This document shows positions 43,045 to 53,342 of a DNA stretch of 64,000 nucleotides, one piece after another. Source of the DNA: Pseudomonadota bacterium (GTDB lineage Bacteria > Pseudomonadota > Alphaproteobacteria > Sphingomonadales > Sphingomonadaceae); assembly GCA_039027675.1 (NCBI GenBank), contig JBCCJS010000001.1:93168-157167 (forward strand). The letters run 5' to 3'. The translations under genes were made by a program, and so were the position numbers. The notes under the pieces were generated by a model. That model was not told where the DNA came from. It saw nothing but the letters and a program-made list of their open reading frames with translations, and did no database searches. The stretch's first letter is position 1. Each line of letters starts with the position of its first letter.

Positions 43045-43554
43045 TCACGCTTCGGAAAGGGCGACTTTCATATCCTTGACGTTGTAAATGACTTCGCCAT
43101 CGGCTTCGACGCGCCCGTCGGCTACGCCCATGGTCAGACGCCGGGTCTTAACCGCCTTGGTGAAATCCACATAATAGGTCAGCTTCTTGCGGTCAGGGCG
43201 CACCATGCCTGTGAGCTTCACCTCGCCCACACCCAGCGCGTAACCGCGGCCCTTCCAGCCCCGCCAGCCCAGGTTGAAGCCCGTCAGTTGCCACAAGCCA
43301 TCAAGGCCAAGGCAGCCGGGCATGATCGGGTTGCCGGGAAAGTGACAATCGAAGAACCAAAGATCGGGCGTGATATCGAATTCGGCCACCACATGTCCCT
43401 TGCCATGCGGCCCCGCGTCGCCCGAGATATCGGTGATGCGGTCCATCATCAGCATGGGCGGTTCGGGCAATTGCGCATTGCCTTCGCCAAACAGTTCACC
43501 GCGAGCGCATTTCAGCAGATCGTCCCTGTCAAAACTGGTTGGGAAATCCGTCAT
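43045..43554 (-). CDS. fabA: 3-hydroxyacyl-ACP dehydratase/isomerase
   Basis: Motif [17 protein letters not shown], with the FabA-type Asp. Confidence 0.96.
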   Translation of the reverse strand: MTDFPTSFDRDDLLKCARGELFGEGNAQLPEPPMLMMDRITDISGDAGPHGKGHVVAEFDITPDLWFFDCHFPGNPIMPGCLGLDGLWQLTGFNLGWRGWKGRGYALGVGEVKLTGMVRPDRKKLTYYVDFTKAVKTRRLTMGVADGRVEADGEVIYNVKDMKVALSEA

Positions 43555-43708
43555 CCCCGCGTGTCCCCTCATATTGTGGTTCTTATCTTGAGCGGCGCGC
43601 CTAGCACCGCACTTGGCTTAGGAAAAGAGCGCTCAGAGCCACAGGGTTGATAAGAGTCGCTCTGCCCGATTTGCACCAGAGCTTCACTTGTCACGCCATG
43701 GAACGCGG

Positions 43709-44431
43709 CTAGTTACTGGTGCAGACCTCGATATCGGCCGGATCGGTGCGCTGAGCGCCGCGCTCAAACCGCGCGAAATAGCCCGCGATGTCCGGTTTCT
43801 CCGTGAATTCGAGCAGATGATAGCCCACCGCTTCGAACTCGCAGAACAAGAGCGCGTGCGAAATCCCGCCCTCGCTGATTGGGCGCTCGGCCTCGACGAC
43901 GATGATCTCACCGCCTTCAGCCAGAGCCGGCCACAAGCGCCACAGGAAGGCGTAAGGCTCGGTCACTTCGTGATAGACATGGACGATGAAGATGCGATCG
44001 AAACTGTCGACAGGAAGTTGCGGATCATCGGGCTCTCCAAGCTTGATCGAAATGTTTTCAAGCCGCTCGCGCTCAACCCGGCTACCGAGGCGATCCAGCG
44101 CCTTGCGGTCAATGTCCTGTGCCAGAACCCGGCCCCGCGCGCCCACACGCTCGGCAAGACGCACCGTATAATAGCCCTCGCCTGCGCCAATGTCCGCGAC
44201 CGTCATGCCCGGTGTGATCCCCGCACGGTCCATCACCTTGACCGCCTCACCGCGTCCATCGCGCACATCCTCGGTGGAGAATTCACTGGCGGTTTCGCTT
44301 GCCAAGGGCCGGTCAGGCAGCGGAAATTCGAGCGCGCTGTCAGGCCGCGCGCTATCACTGACCATGCCGTCACAAGCCGAAACAAGCACGGCCGCGCAGC
44401 CAAGTGAGAGGGCTTTGATCACGGTTTTCAT
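43709..44431 (-). CDS. Class I SAM-dependent methyltransferase with a predicted lipoprotein signal
   Basis: Motif I (VADIGAGEGYY) and an N-terminal MKTVIKALSLGCAAVLVSAC lipobox. Alternative TTG start at 44470. Confidence 0.85.
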   Translation of the reverse strand: MKTVIKALSLGCAAVLVSACDGMVSDSARPDSALEFPLPDRPLASETASEFSTEDVRDGRGEAVKVMDRAGITPGMTVADIGAGEGYYTVRLAERVGARGRVLAQDIDRKALDRLGSRVERERLENISIKLGEPDDPQLPVDSFDRIFIVHVYHEVTEPYAFLWRLWPALAEGGEIIVVEAERPISEGGISHALLFCEFEAVGYHLLEFTEKPDIAGYFARFERGAQRTDPADIEVCTSN

Positions 44432-44462
44432 GCTGAACAGCAAAGGGCCTTCGAGGACAGTC

Positions 44463-45590
44463 TCACTCAACGTCCTCCACATCGACCGTTTCACCCGTCA
44501 CGCGCTGGGCGAGAGCGGCGGAGATGAAGGGGTCGATCTCGCCATCAAGTACCTTGTCGGGTGAGGATGAGGTGACGCCGGTGCGCAGGTCCTTGACCAT
44601 CTGATAGGGCTGCAGGACGTAAGAGCGGATCTGGTGGCCCCAGCCAATCTCGCTCTTCTCCTGATATTCGCCCGAAGCTGCCGCTTCGCGCATCTGCATC
44701 TCGCGCTCAAACAGTCGGGCCTTGAGCATGTTCATCGCCGTCGCGCGGTTCTTGTGCTGCGAGCGATCGTTCTGACTTGCGACCACGATGCCTGTGGGCT
44801 GGTGGGTGATGCGAACGGCCGAATCGGTCGTGTTGACGTGCTGACCGCCTGCGCCTGAGGCCCGGTAGGTGTCGATCTTCAGGTCTGCAGGGTTGATCTC
44901 GATGTCGATATCATCGTCGATCACCGGGTAGACCCAGACGCTGGAAAAGCTGGTGTGACGCTTGGCCGCGCTGTCATAGGGGCTGATGCGCACAAGGCGA
45001 TGGACGCCGCTTTCGGTCTTGCCGTAGCCGTAGGCGTTTTCGCCCTTCAAGAGCAGCGTTGCTGACTTTATCCCGGCCTGATCACCCGCCTGATACTCGA
45101 CCGTCTCAACCTTGAAGCCGCGCCGCTCAGCCCAGCGTGCATACATGCGAAAGAGCATTTCGGCCCAGTCCTGGCTCTCGGTGCCGCCTGCGCCAGCGTG
45201 GATTTCGAGATAGGTGTCATTCGCGTCCGCTTCGCCTGAAAGGAGCGCCTGCACCTTGTCGGCATCAGCGCGGTTAGCGAGGCGCTCCAGCGTTGCGAGG
45301 CCATCATTGATGACGCTCTCCTCGCCCTCCATTTCGCCCATTTCGATGAACTCGATCGCGTCGGCCATTTCGCCCGAGATCTGGTTAACCGTCTCCACCG
45401 CCGTCTCCAGCGTCTTTTGCTCGCGGCTCACCGCCTGGGCTTCCTTGGGATTGTCCCAAAGCGTGGGGTCTTGCACGCGCGCGTTCAGTTCATCAAGACG
45501 GCGCAGTGCCCGCTCCCAGTCGAGCGACTGGCGAACAAGGTCTAGCGCGGCCTCGATACGGTCGATATGGGTTTGGGCCTCGGCCCGCAT
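44463..45590 (-). CDS. prfB: Peptide chain release factor 2, single uninterrupted ORF
   Basis: Motifs SPY (RF2 specificity), GGQ and WGHQIRSY. Confidence 0.97.
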   Translation of the reverse strand: MRAEAQTHIDRIEAALDLVRQSLDWERALRRLDELNARVQDPTLWDNPKEAQAVSREQKTLETAVETVNQISGEMADAIEFIEMGEMEGEESVINDGLATLERLANRADADKVQALLSGEADANDTYLEIHAGAGGTESQDWAEMLFRMYARWAERRGFKVETVEYQAGDQAGIKSATLLLKGENAYGYGKTESGVHRLVRISPYDSAAKRHTSFSSVWVYPVIDDDIDIEINPADLKIDTYRASGAGGQHVNTTDSAVRITHQPTGIVVASQNDRSQHKNRATAMNMLKARLFEREMQMREAAASGEYQEKSEIGWGHQIRSYVLQPYQMVKDLRTGVTSSSPDKVLDGEIDPFISAALAQRVTGETVDVEDVE

Positions 45591-45710
45591 AACATGTCCT
45601 TCGAAAGGCCCCGAGGGCCAAAACCCCCAAGGGAATAACAAACCGCATCCCCTAACGCGGGAACGAGTATTGTAAAGCACACCCCCTCACCCGCAGGCCT
45701 ACGCTTTGCT

Positions 45711-46238
45711 TTATTTCGAGAGGTTTTTCACAGCTGTAAGCGTGCGGCTGACATGTTGGCGGTAATCACCGCTGGTGTAGACCGTGGTGATCTTGCCGCC
45801 CGGCGCAATGACGTAGGATGTGCGGCTGGCATACGGGCTCTTCGGGCCGCCCACCTCATAATCCTGCATCACATCGAGACTGGCAACGCCCACAGGGAAG
45901 GCATCGCGGCATTCTTCTCGGCTAAAGCGCTTCAGGGTCTCGATATCATCGTTCGACATGCCAATCACGCTCGCGCCCGCCCCCTTGAACTGGGGCATCG
46001 CCTCAGCAAAGGCGTTCGCCTCGAGCGTGCAGCCGCTCGTGAACGCCTTGGGATAGAAATAGAGAACGACCGGCCCCTGCTTGAGCGCGGTCTCGAGGCT
46101 GAAGCCGAATTCCTTGCCCGCCATCGCGGCCTTAGTGGTGAACAGCGGGGCCGAGGTGCCCTCGGGAAGGTCAGCGAGCGCTGGAGCGGTGAGGCCGAGC
46201 GCAACAAAAGCGGCGGCAAGCATGGGGAGTTTTCTCAT
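45711..46238 (-). CDS. Exported peroxiredoxin (BCP/PrxQ family)
   Basis: Signal peptide (…APALA) and FYPKAFTSGCTLE with the peroxidatic Cys. Confidence 0.9.
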   Translation of the reverse strand: MRKLPMLAAAFVALGLTAPALADLPEGTSAPLFTTKAAMAGKEFGFSLETALKQGPVVLYFYPKAFTSGCTLEANAFAEAMPQFKGAGASVIGMSNDDIETLKRFSREECRDAFPVGVASLDVMQDYEVGGPKSPYASRTSYVIAPGGKITTVYTSGDYRQHVSRTLTAVKNLSK

Positions 46239-46293
46239 GAAGTTTGTAACCCGTCAGGCGCAGCTGCGGTTCCCGGCCTCAAGCTGAACAGGC

Positions 46294-48792
46294 TCAATAA
46301 ATGCCGCCCTGATCCTCAGCGAAGTTTTCCGGCATGCCTTCCTCACGAAATCCATCGCCATTCCGGCCTGCTTCGATGAGAGCGAGGATTTCAGCGCGCT
46401 TGGCCGCAATCTCGTCCTGACGGGTGGAGCGCTGGGGTTCTGTATCAGGCTTGAAGGCTTCCCAGATAACATCGGAGAGCGGATCATCGCTTGGCCATCC
46501 GTCGAACACGCGCTTACCCGTGCGCCGGTCAATGCGGACCATGCGCACGCCTTCGGGCGCGACAGCGGGAAGGTCGGACCAACGGCTGCGCGATTTCTCG
46601 ATCATCGACTTGATGATGGGCGCAGCTATTGTGCCGCCATAGGCATAGCCGCCCAGATTGCGCGGCGTATCAAAGCCAAGATAAGCGCCCGCCACCATGC
46701 GCTGCGTGCCGCCGATGAACCACACATCCTTGGGTCCCGTCGTGGTACCCGTTTTGCCGAAGAGTGGTAGCTCGAGGCTGCGCAGGTTGGTCGCCGTGCC
46801 GCGCGTCACCACGCCTTCGAGCATGTGCATGGTTTGAAACGCCGTGCGCGCGTCCATCGCCTGGCGCCCTTTAAGCCCCATGCGCGGCATCGCCGAGCCA
46901 TCCCATTCCGGCATATTGCAGGTCCGGCAATTGCGCGTATCGGCGCGCCAGATCACCTTACCCCGGCGATCCTGCACATAGTCGATCACCGTGGGCGTGT
47001 TAAACCGGCCATGATTGGCGAGCGCTGCGTAAGCCGCCACCATGCGCATGACCGTGCTTTCCTCCGAGCCAAGCGCGGTCGCCGCGTAAGGGTCCGCTTC
47101 GCCGATCTCAAGGCTCTCGATTGTGTTGACCACGTTCTGCATGCCAGCCTGCATGCCGATCTGGACGGTCATGATGTTCTGCGATTGCTCCAGCCCGTAG
47201 CGCATCGGGAACTGGCCCGCGCGCCCGCCGCGAATGCACTTTTCGCCAAGGCCGGAGCCCTGATAATAGCAAAAGCGGGTGTTATCGATTTGGGTCGAAG
47301 GCGTCATGCCCTGGTCAAGCCCGGTGGCGTAGACAAACGGCTTGATTGTGGAGCCTGGCTGGCGGAAGGCCTGCGTTGCGCGGTTGAAGTCGCCCAAGCG
47401 ATCATCAAACCCGCCCTGCATGGCAAGCACACGGCCATATTGCGCGTTCTGAACGACCAGCCCGCCCTGCGCTGTGGGAAGGATTGCTAGACTATATGCC
47501 GCGCCGTCGGGCTTTGCCGCGATTACATCGCCCGCTTTGAGATTTCTCGGCGGGTTCAAAAGCGGCGCTTCTTTGCCATCGGTGAAGCCGACAGTCGCAT
47601 CGCTCTGCGAACGCTGCGTCACCACCGCGATGCGCCAATCCTTGTAATTGATGCTCAGATAGGAGCTTGCCAATTGCCCGCGCCAATTGCCCGCCTCCAT
47701 ATCGATTGTCGCGATCGAGCCGCCCCAGCCCCGGCGTCCGTGATAGCTAAGCAGTCCTTCGCGCAAAGCCTCGCGCGCGGCGTTCTGGAGCTCCATATCC
47801 AGCGAAGTGCGCACCCACAGCCCACCAGCATAGACGCTGCTCCCGCCATCCTCAGCGGTCTCACCAAATTCATCGATCAGCTGGCGCCGCACCTCTTCGA
47901 GAAAGTAGCCCGCATCTGCGCTGCGCCGCGCGCGCTGCTGCACGAGACCCAGCGGCTTTGCCGTGGCAGCGGCGCGCTCAGCGTCGGAGATGAAGCCGTT
48001 GTCCGCCATTTGCGTGAGCACGAAAGCGCGCCGGGCGAGCGCTGCGTCCTCTTCACCCTTGCGGCCATAGCGTTCAGGCGCCTTGGGCAGGATTGCAAGG
48101 AACGCTATCTCATGCAGATCAAGCTCGCCCACATCCTTGTCAAAATAGGCGCGCGCCGCCGCCTGCACCCCGAATGAGCGGCGGCCCAGAGGAATTTCGT
48201 TGAGGTAAAGCTCAAGGATTTCCTGCTTGCTCAGAACCCCTTCGATGCGGCTTGCAAGGATCATTTCTTTGAGCTTGCGCGTGACTGAATATTCATCGCC
48301 CAGCAGCAGGATTTTGGCGAGCTGCTGCGTAATCGTTGACCCGCCCACAGCGCGCTGGCCAGAGCCGTATTTGGTCGCGTAATCGAACACGGCATTGGCT
48401 GTACCGGTGAAATCAATGCCGCCATGGCTGTAAAAGGTCTTGTCCTCCGCTGAGATGTAGGCCTGCTTAAGCCGCTCAGGAAAATCGGCGTATTGCAGCT
48501 GCACCCGGCGCTCTCGCGCATAGGAATGGACAATGGCGCCATCAATCCCGCGCACGACGGTGGGCAGCGGGGTCTCGTATTCGAGCAGGCTTGTCGCATC
48601 AGGAAGATCGCTTGCCAGCCACACAAACAGCGCGATCCAGACGGCCGCCACCATAACGACGGCAGTCACGATAAGCTTGTACCAGATGCTTGCGCGCCAC
48701 TTCGCCAGCAGCCACGCGCCGGCACTGCGAATGTCGCGGTTCAAGCGGTGACGCATATAGGCAAATGGCGGCAGGTCAGCGGTATCAGTCAT
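46294..48792 (-). CDS. mrcA: Penicillin-binding protein 1A (class A PBP)
   Basis: Transglycosylase motifs EDKTF and GGSTITQQ; transpeptidase motifs STIK, SQN and KTG. Confidence 0.95.
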   Translation of the reverse strand: MTDTADLPPFAYMRHRLNRDIRSAGAWLLAKWRASIWYKLIVTAVVMVAAVWIALFVWLASDLPDATSLLEYETPLPTVVRGIDGAIVHSYARERRVQLQYADFPERLKQAYISAEDKTFYSHGGIDFTGTANAVFDYATKYGSGQRAVGGSTITQQLAKILLLGDEYSVTRKLKEMILASRIEGVLSKQEILELYLNEIPLGRRSFGVQAAARAYFDKDVGELDLHEIAFLAILPKAPERYGRKGEEDAALARRAFVLTQMADNGFISDAERAAATAKPLGLVQQRARRSADAGYFLEEVRRQLIDEFGETAEDGGSSVYAGGLWVRTSLDMELQNAAREALREGLLSYHGRRGWGGSIATIDMEAGNWRGQLASSYLSINYKDWRIAVVTQRSQSDATVGFTDGKEAPLLNPPRNLKAGDVIAAKPDGAAYSLAILPTAQGGLVVQNAQYGRVLAMQGGFDDRLGDFNRATQAFRQPGSTIKPFVYATGLDQGMTPSTQIDNTRFCYYQGSGLGEKCIRGGRAGQFPMRYGLEQSQNIMTVQIGMQAGMQNVVNTIESLEIGEADPYAATALGSEESTVMRMVAAYAALANHGRFNTPTVIDYVQDRRGKVIWRADTRNCRTCNMPEWDGSAMPRMGLKGRQAMDARTAFQTMHMLEGVVTRGTATNLRSLELPLFGKTGTTTGPKDVWFIGGTQRMVAGAYLGFDTPRNLGGYAYGGTIAAPIIKSMIEKSRSRWSDLPAVAPEGVRMVRIDRRTGKRVFDGWPSDDPLSDVIWEAFKPDTEPQRSTRQDEIAAKRAEILALIEAGRNGDGFREEGMPENFAEDQGGIY

Positions 48793-48898
48793 GGGGCGAG
48801 TGGCGGATTACAACAGGGTTTGAGGCGGGACCAGTGCTTTTGGCGCAAAGCTGTGCGCATTCCAATTGGGATTGTTGCGTTTTTTTGGGAGGCAGCAC

Positions 48899-49810
48899 TC
48901 AGCGCGCCGCGACCTCTGTTACCGTATCGTCACCCGGAGCATCTGTATCGCTGCGCCGCGCGAAATAAACCCGGATCGCGCGTTCAAGCACATCGGCATA
49001 GGCCGCCTGCCCTTCTGGCGTCGTTAGCTTTGCGCGGTCCTCACGATTGGTGACAAATCCGCTTTCAAACAGCACCGCTGGCACATCGGGCGCGCGCAGG
49101 ACCGCCAGAGACGCCGAGCGCAGCGCCTCTGGGTGGAACGCAATCTCACCCTCGCCTTCGCGCCGGATGAGCTGGGCAAACTCAGCCGACTGGCCAGCTG
49201 TGCGTTCTTGCGCAAGCTCGACGAGGATTCTCTGGCTTTCATCGGTTTGATCGACGATTTCGACCCCGTTCAGGCGATCCGCATTATTCTCTCGCGCCGC
49301 AAAGCGCGCTGCTGCCTGGCTCGAGGCCTCGCTCGACAAGGTGTAAATACTCGCACCGGAAACCTGGTCTAGGTCCCCGGCGGAATCGGCGTGGATCGAC
49401 AGGAACAGGTCCGCATCAAGCTGCCGCGCGGTCTCGGGCCGCTGGGCCAGCGTAACGATACGATCATCCTCGCGCGTCATCGCCACTCGCACGCCGCCTC
49501 GCTCCAGTAGTCTTTCTCGCAATTGCAGCGCAATCGCGAGGACAACGACTTTCTCTTGTACCCCGCCGCGCACGGCGCCCGGATCGCGTCCGCCATGGCC
49601 TGCATCGATCACCACCAACGGACGGGTCGGATCATCAGGGCCCATAATTGTGGGCAAGTCAGCATCGCGCGCGGCGCTGGTGAGAATGAAAGTCTGGACG
49701 TACTCGCGCCCGAAAATCGGCACAGGAATAGTCAGCTCGGTCGCAATGGCCCCGCCCAGCACAAGCGCAGGCAGCGCGATTACCAGCAGCAAAAGGTCAC
49801 GTACACTCAT
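48899..49810 (-). CDS. amiC: N-acetylmuramoyl-L-alanine amidase (Amidase_3)
   Basis: Zinc and catalytic residues in IDAGHGG, EK, SIHADS and LFESGF. Confidence 0.9.
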   Translation of the reverse strand: MSVRDLLLLVIALPALVLGGAIATELTIPVPIFGREYVQTFILTSAARDADLPTIMGPDDPTRPLVVIDAGHGGRDPGAVRGGVQEKVVVLAIALQLRERLLERGGVRVAMTREDDRIVTLAQRPETARQLDADLFLSIHADSAGDLDQVSGASIYTLSSEASSQAAARFAARENNADRLNGVEIVDQTDESQRILVELAQERTAGQSAEFAQLIRREGEGEIAFHPEALRSASLAVLRAPDVPAVLFESGFVTNREDRAKLTTPEGQAAYADVLERAIRVYFARRSDTDAPGDDTVTEVAAR

Positions 49811-49978
49811 GACATGAGCCGCTTAGGGCGTTGCCGGGGTGAAGTGCAATAGAGTTGCCTGTTGAAACCCACGGTGCTAATCGCTTGGTATTGGGGAAGG
49901 TTTGCAAACCGATTGATAACTCAATCCATGCTACGCCTTCTCCACTCTCAGGCTCTTTTGGCCATTTGCCGACACTTA

Positions 49979-49994
49979 CTAACAGAGCCTTAAC
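49979..49994 (+). promoter_or_regulatory. CtrA-like site in the amiC/rne divergent region
   Basis: CTAA-cagagcc-TTAAC, one mismatch to TTAA-N7-TTAAC. Confidence 0.5.
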
Positions 49995-50286
49995 CAGGTT
50001 GATGCAGTGACGAGACGTAAACCCTCGCAAGTTTTTCCCCAGGGTGCCTCAGGTGCACACGGGCAAGCGAGCGTTCTTGAGCGAGCCATCGCAGCGTCTT
50101 TCACAGCAGACACGAACATCGCGCGCAAACCGCAATCGGGATGGCTGAGCCTCAGCCCAAAACCCCAAGGTCACCGCGCGAACACCGCATACAGCGCGGG
50201 CATTGCCAGCGCCACTTATCACACAATTACGCGCCCTAGCCTTCGTCCACACACGCAAAGGCTTGTCGGCGCTTGGAGACACTTAC

Positions 50287-53010
50287 ATGGCAACGCGCAT
50301 GTTAATCGATGCGCGCCACGCGGAAGAAACCCGGGTGGCGGTTCTCAAGGGAAACCGGATTGAGGAATTCGACTTTGAATCGGCTGAACACAAGCAGATC
50401 AAAGGCAACATCTATCTAGCCAAGGTCACGCGGGTCGAACCCTCGTTGCAAGCGGCTTTTGTCGATTTCGGCGGCAATCGCCACGGCTTCCTCGCTTTCA
50501 GCGAAATCCACCCCGATTATTACCAGATCCCGCAAGAGGATCGCGAACGCCTCCTCGCTGAAGAGGCTGAGGCCGCCGCCGAAGAGGCCCGCCTGCGCGA
50601 CGAAGAGGAAGAGGAAGGCGTCTCGCCTGGCGATGAATACGACGCTGAGGATGAAAGCGCCGAACAACTCGTCGAGGAAATCGCCGAAGATGGCCTTGAA
50701 GAGATCGACACCTCCGACAAGGACAAGGTCGCAACAATCGAAGACGGCACCTCGGACGATGACGACGAGGATGAAAGCGACGAGGCCGAAGACGACGAGG
50801 CGGAGGAGCATTCTGGCGACGATTCTGGCGAAACCGCTGACGACAGCGAGGATGGCGAAGATAAGCCGCGCCGCTCACGCCGGGGCCGCGGTCGCCGCCG
50901 TCAGGGTGGCAAAGACACCAAAGGCGGCAACAAAGGCGGCCGCTCCAGAGCCAAGGAAGTCGACGAAGTGCGCGCCAAGCGTATGGCGCTGCGCCGTCGC
51001 TACAAGATCCAAGACGTCATCCAGCGCCGTCAGGTGCTGCTCGTCCAGGTCGTCAAGGAGGAGCGCGGCAATAAGGGCGCGGCGCTTACCACTTATTTGA
51101 GCCTTGCCGGGCGCTACACCGTCCTCATGCCGAACTCGTCGCATGGCGGTGGGATCAGCCGCAAGATCAGCTCAACCAGCGATCGCAAGCGGTTGAAGCA
51201 GGTGGTCTCGGACCTGTCGCTACCAAAGACCATGGGCCTGATTGTCCGAACCGCCGGCCTCAGCCGCACCAAGACCGAGATCAAGCGCGACTTCGATTAC
51301 CTTGCCCGGCTTTGGGATACGATCCGCAAGACCACGCTTGGCTCCACCGCGCCCGCTTTGATCCATTCCGACAGCGATCTCATCAAGCGAGCGATCCGCG
51401 ACATTTACAACCGCGAGATTGAAGAGGTCGTGGTTGAAGGCGAAGACGGTTATAAGAGCGCCAAGGCCTTCATGAAAATGCTGATGCCCAGCCATGCGCG
51501 CCGGGTCAAAGCCTATTCCGATCCTGTCCCGCTATTCCAGCGCTACGGCGCCGAGGATCAGCTGCGCGCAATGTATGATCCGATGGTACAGCTGAGATCG
51601 GGCGGCTATCTGATCATCAACCCAACTGAGGCGCTGGTCTCGATCGATATCAACTCAGGCCGCTCTACCAAGGAGCACGGCATCGAGCAGACCGCGCTCC
51701 ACACCAACCTTGAAGCCGCACGTGAAATCGCTCGCCAGCTGCGCCTACGCGATATGGCGGGCCTCGTTGTCATCGACTTTATCGACATGGAGTACAACTC
51801 CAACACACGCAAAGTTGAAAAGGCGATGAAGGAAGCGCTCAAGAACGATCGCGCGCGCATTCAGGTGGGCCGCATTTCGGGCTTTGGCCTGATGGAGATG
51901 AGCCGCCAGCGCCTGCGCACCGGCGTGCTCGAAGCGACCACCCGCACCTGCCCGCACTGCGATGGCACCGGCCTTGTGCGCACCGCCTCTTCCGCTGGTC
52001 TTTCCGCGCTGCGCCTTATCGAAGACGAAGCGGCCAAGGGCAAAGGCACGCAAATCAAGCTTGCGGCGAGCACCGAGGCGGCGGTCTACCTTCTCAACGA
52101 AAAGCGTGGCGAACTCGTCGAGATCGAGAGCCGTTATGGTGTGTCGATCGAGGTCGTGCCCGAGGGCGAGGATGAAGGCGCCAAGATGAGCGTTGGCAGC
52201 CACGGCCCGCGCCCCACACAAGCGCCTAGATTTGAACCGATCATCGATGATGAGGACGACGATGATGACCTCCCCGAAGAGGAGGCCTATGCAGACGAGG
52301 ACGAAGACGATCGTCCCAGGAAAAAGCGCCGCCGCCGCCGTGGTGGCCGGGGCCGCAACAAGAAGCGCTCGGACGAGGGAGCTGATTGGGCCGACGAAGA
52401 CACCGAAGACGAGACGCACGATGAGGCTTATGCCGACGATGCGTCCGAAAATTCGCAGGAAACCAGCGACGGATCGAACGATGACAAGCCCAAGCGCCGT
52501 CGGCGCCGTGGCGGCCGTGGTCGGCGTCGCAAGTCGGGAGATGAAAATGGATCGGATGAAGTGGATTCGCAGGAAAACACCGACACGGTGAGCGAGGCCT
52601 CCGCTGCCGCTCCGGCAAACGATGAGACCGCCGATGCCGCACCTGAAGGTGATGCTAAGGCTGAAGCCGAGCCTGCGGAAAAGCCCAAGCGCAAGCGCGC
52701 GTCGCGCAAGAAAAAGGCCGAGCAAGAGGCGTCAGATGAAGTTGCTGCAGTCGAGGAGGCTCCCGCTACGGACGCACCCGCCGAGGAGACACCCGCTGCG
52801 GATAAGCCCAAGCGCAAGCGCGCACCGCGCAAAAAGAAGGTTGAGGAAGAAGCGCCTGTCGCTGAAGCCCCGGCCGCCACAAAAGCGCCTGCCGAAGCGC
52901 CCACCGCCGAGGCCAGCACTACAGATGCAGGAGAAACCGAGACCGTGAACGAGAGCGATGAAAGCGGCTCAAGGAAACGCGGCTGGTGGCAGCGCACTTT
53001 CGGCGAGTAA
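50287..53010 (+). CDS. rne: Ribonuclease E
   Basis: Motifs KGNIYLAKVTRVEPSLQAAF, IDINSG, VVIDFIDM, CPHC (Zn link), a disordered charged C-terminal region and terminal GWWQRTFG. Confidence 0.98.
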   Translation: MATRMLIDARHAEETRVAVLKGNRIEEFDFESAEHKQIKGNIYLAKVTRVEPSLQAAFVDFGGNRHGFLAFSEIHPDYYQIPQEDRERLLAEEAEAAAEEARLRDEEEEEGVSPGDEYDAEDESAEQLVEEIAEDGLEEIDTSDKDKVATIEDGTSDDDDEDESDEAEDDEAEEHSGDDSGETADDSEDGEDKPRRSRRGRGRRRQGGKDTKGGNKGGRSRAKEVDEVRAKRMALRRRYKIQDVIQRRQVLLVQVVKEERGNKGAALTTYLSLAGRYTVLMPNSSHGGGISRKISSTSDRKRLKQVVSDLSLPKTMGLIVRTAGLSRTKTEIKRDFDYLARLWDTIRKTTLGSTAPALIHSDSDLIKRAIRDIYNREIEEVVVEGEDGYKSAKAFMKMLMPSHARRVKAYSDPVPLFQRYGAEDQLRAMYDPMVQLRSGGYLIINPTEALVSIDINSGRSTKEHGIEQTALHTNLEAAREIARQLRLRDMAGLVVIDFIDMEYNSNTRKVEKAMKEALKNDRARIQVGRISGFGLMEMSRQRLRTGVLEATTRTCPHCDGTGLVRTASSAGLSALRLIEDEAAKGKGTQIKLAASTEAAVYLLNEKRGELVEIESRYGVSIEVVPEGEDEGAKMSVGSHGPRPTQAPRFEPIIDDEDDDDDLPEEEAYADEDEDDRPRKKRRRRRGGRGRNKKRSDEGADWADEDTEDETHDEAYADDASENSQETSDGSNDDKPKRRRRRGGRGRRRKSGDENGSDEVDSQENTDTVSEASAAAPANDETADAAPEGDAKAEAEPAEKPKRKRASRKKKAEQEASDEVAAVEEAPATDAPAEETPAADKPKRKRAPRKKKVEEEAPVAEAPAATKAPAEAPTAEASTTDAGETETVNESDESGSRKRGWWQRTFGE

Positions 53011-53021
53011 TCGATAATAAC

Positions 53022-53062
53022 GGGCCGGGAGCGGTGCGCTAGGCACCCCCGGCCCTTTTTTC
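53022..53062 (+). terminator. Rho-independent terminator of rne
   Basis: GGGCCGGG/CCCGGCCC and GGTGC/GCACC stems followed by seven T. Confidence 0.88.
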
Positions 53063-53342
53063 ATCAAAGCGGCCTTGCAGACGTCACCATCGCCGAGGCT
53101 GAGCGGGACGACGTCAATGCTGGGCCGGTGATGGGCCGGTCGACGACACACACTGGGCCATGCTTGAGGGCAGCGCGCGACCCCTAAGACCCCTCTTCGA
53201 CAAGCGCAAAGGCCTCAGGCGCGATGAATGCTCAGCCAATCTGCATTTTTTAAACAGGCCAACAAGAAGCGCTGGCGAAACACTGGCTCACCCCCTAAGG
53301 GCGGGCGCCAAGAACGGATCGACCTTCGTGAAAAAGGCCCGC

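Noticed and set aside
51745-52725. 326-aa hydrophobic minus-strand ORF and similar ORFs antisense to rne
   Set aside because: Mirror of the low-complexity charged region of RNase E; not an independent gene.
53063-53342. Gene remnant or repeat array after the rne terminator (TGGGCC three times)
   Set aside because: The repeats are short and irregular, and no frame gives a convincing protein.
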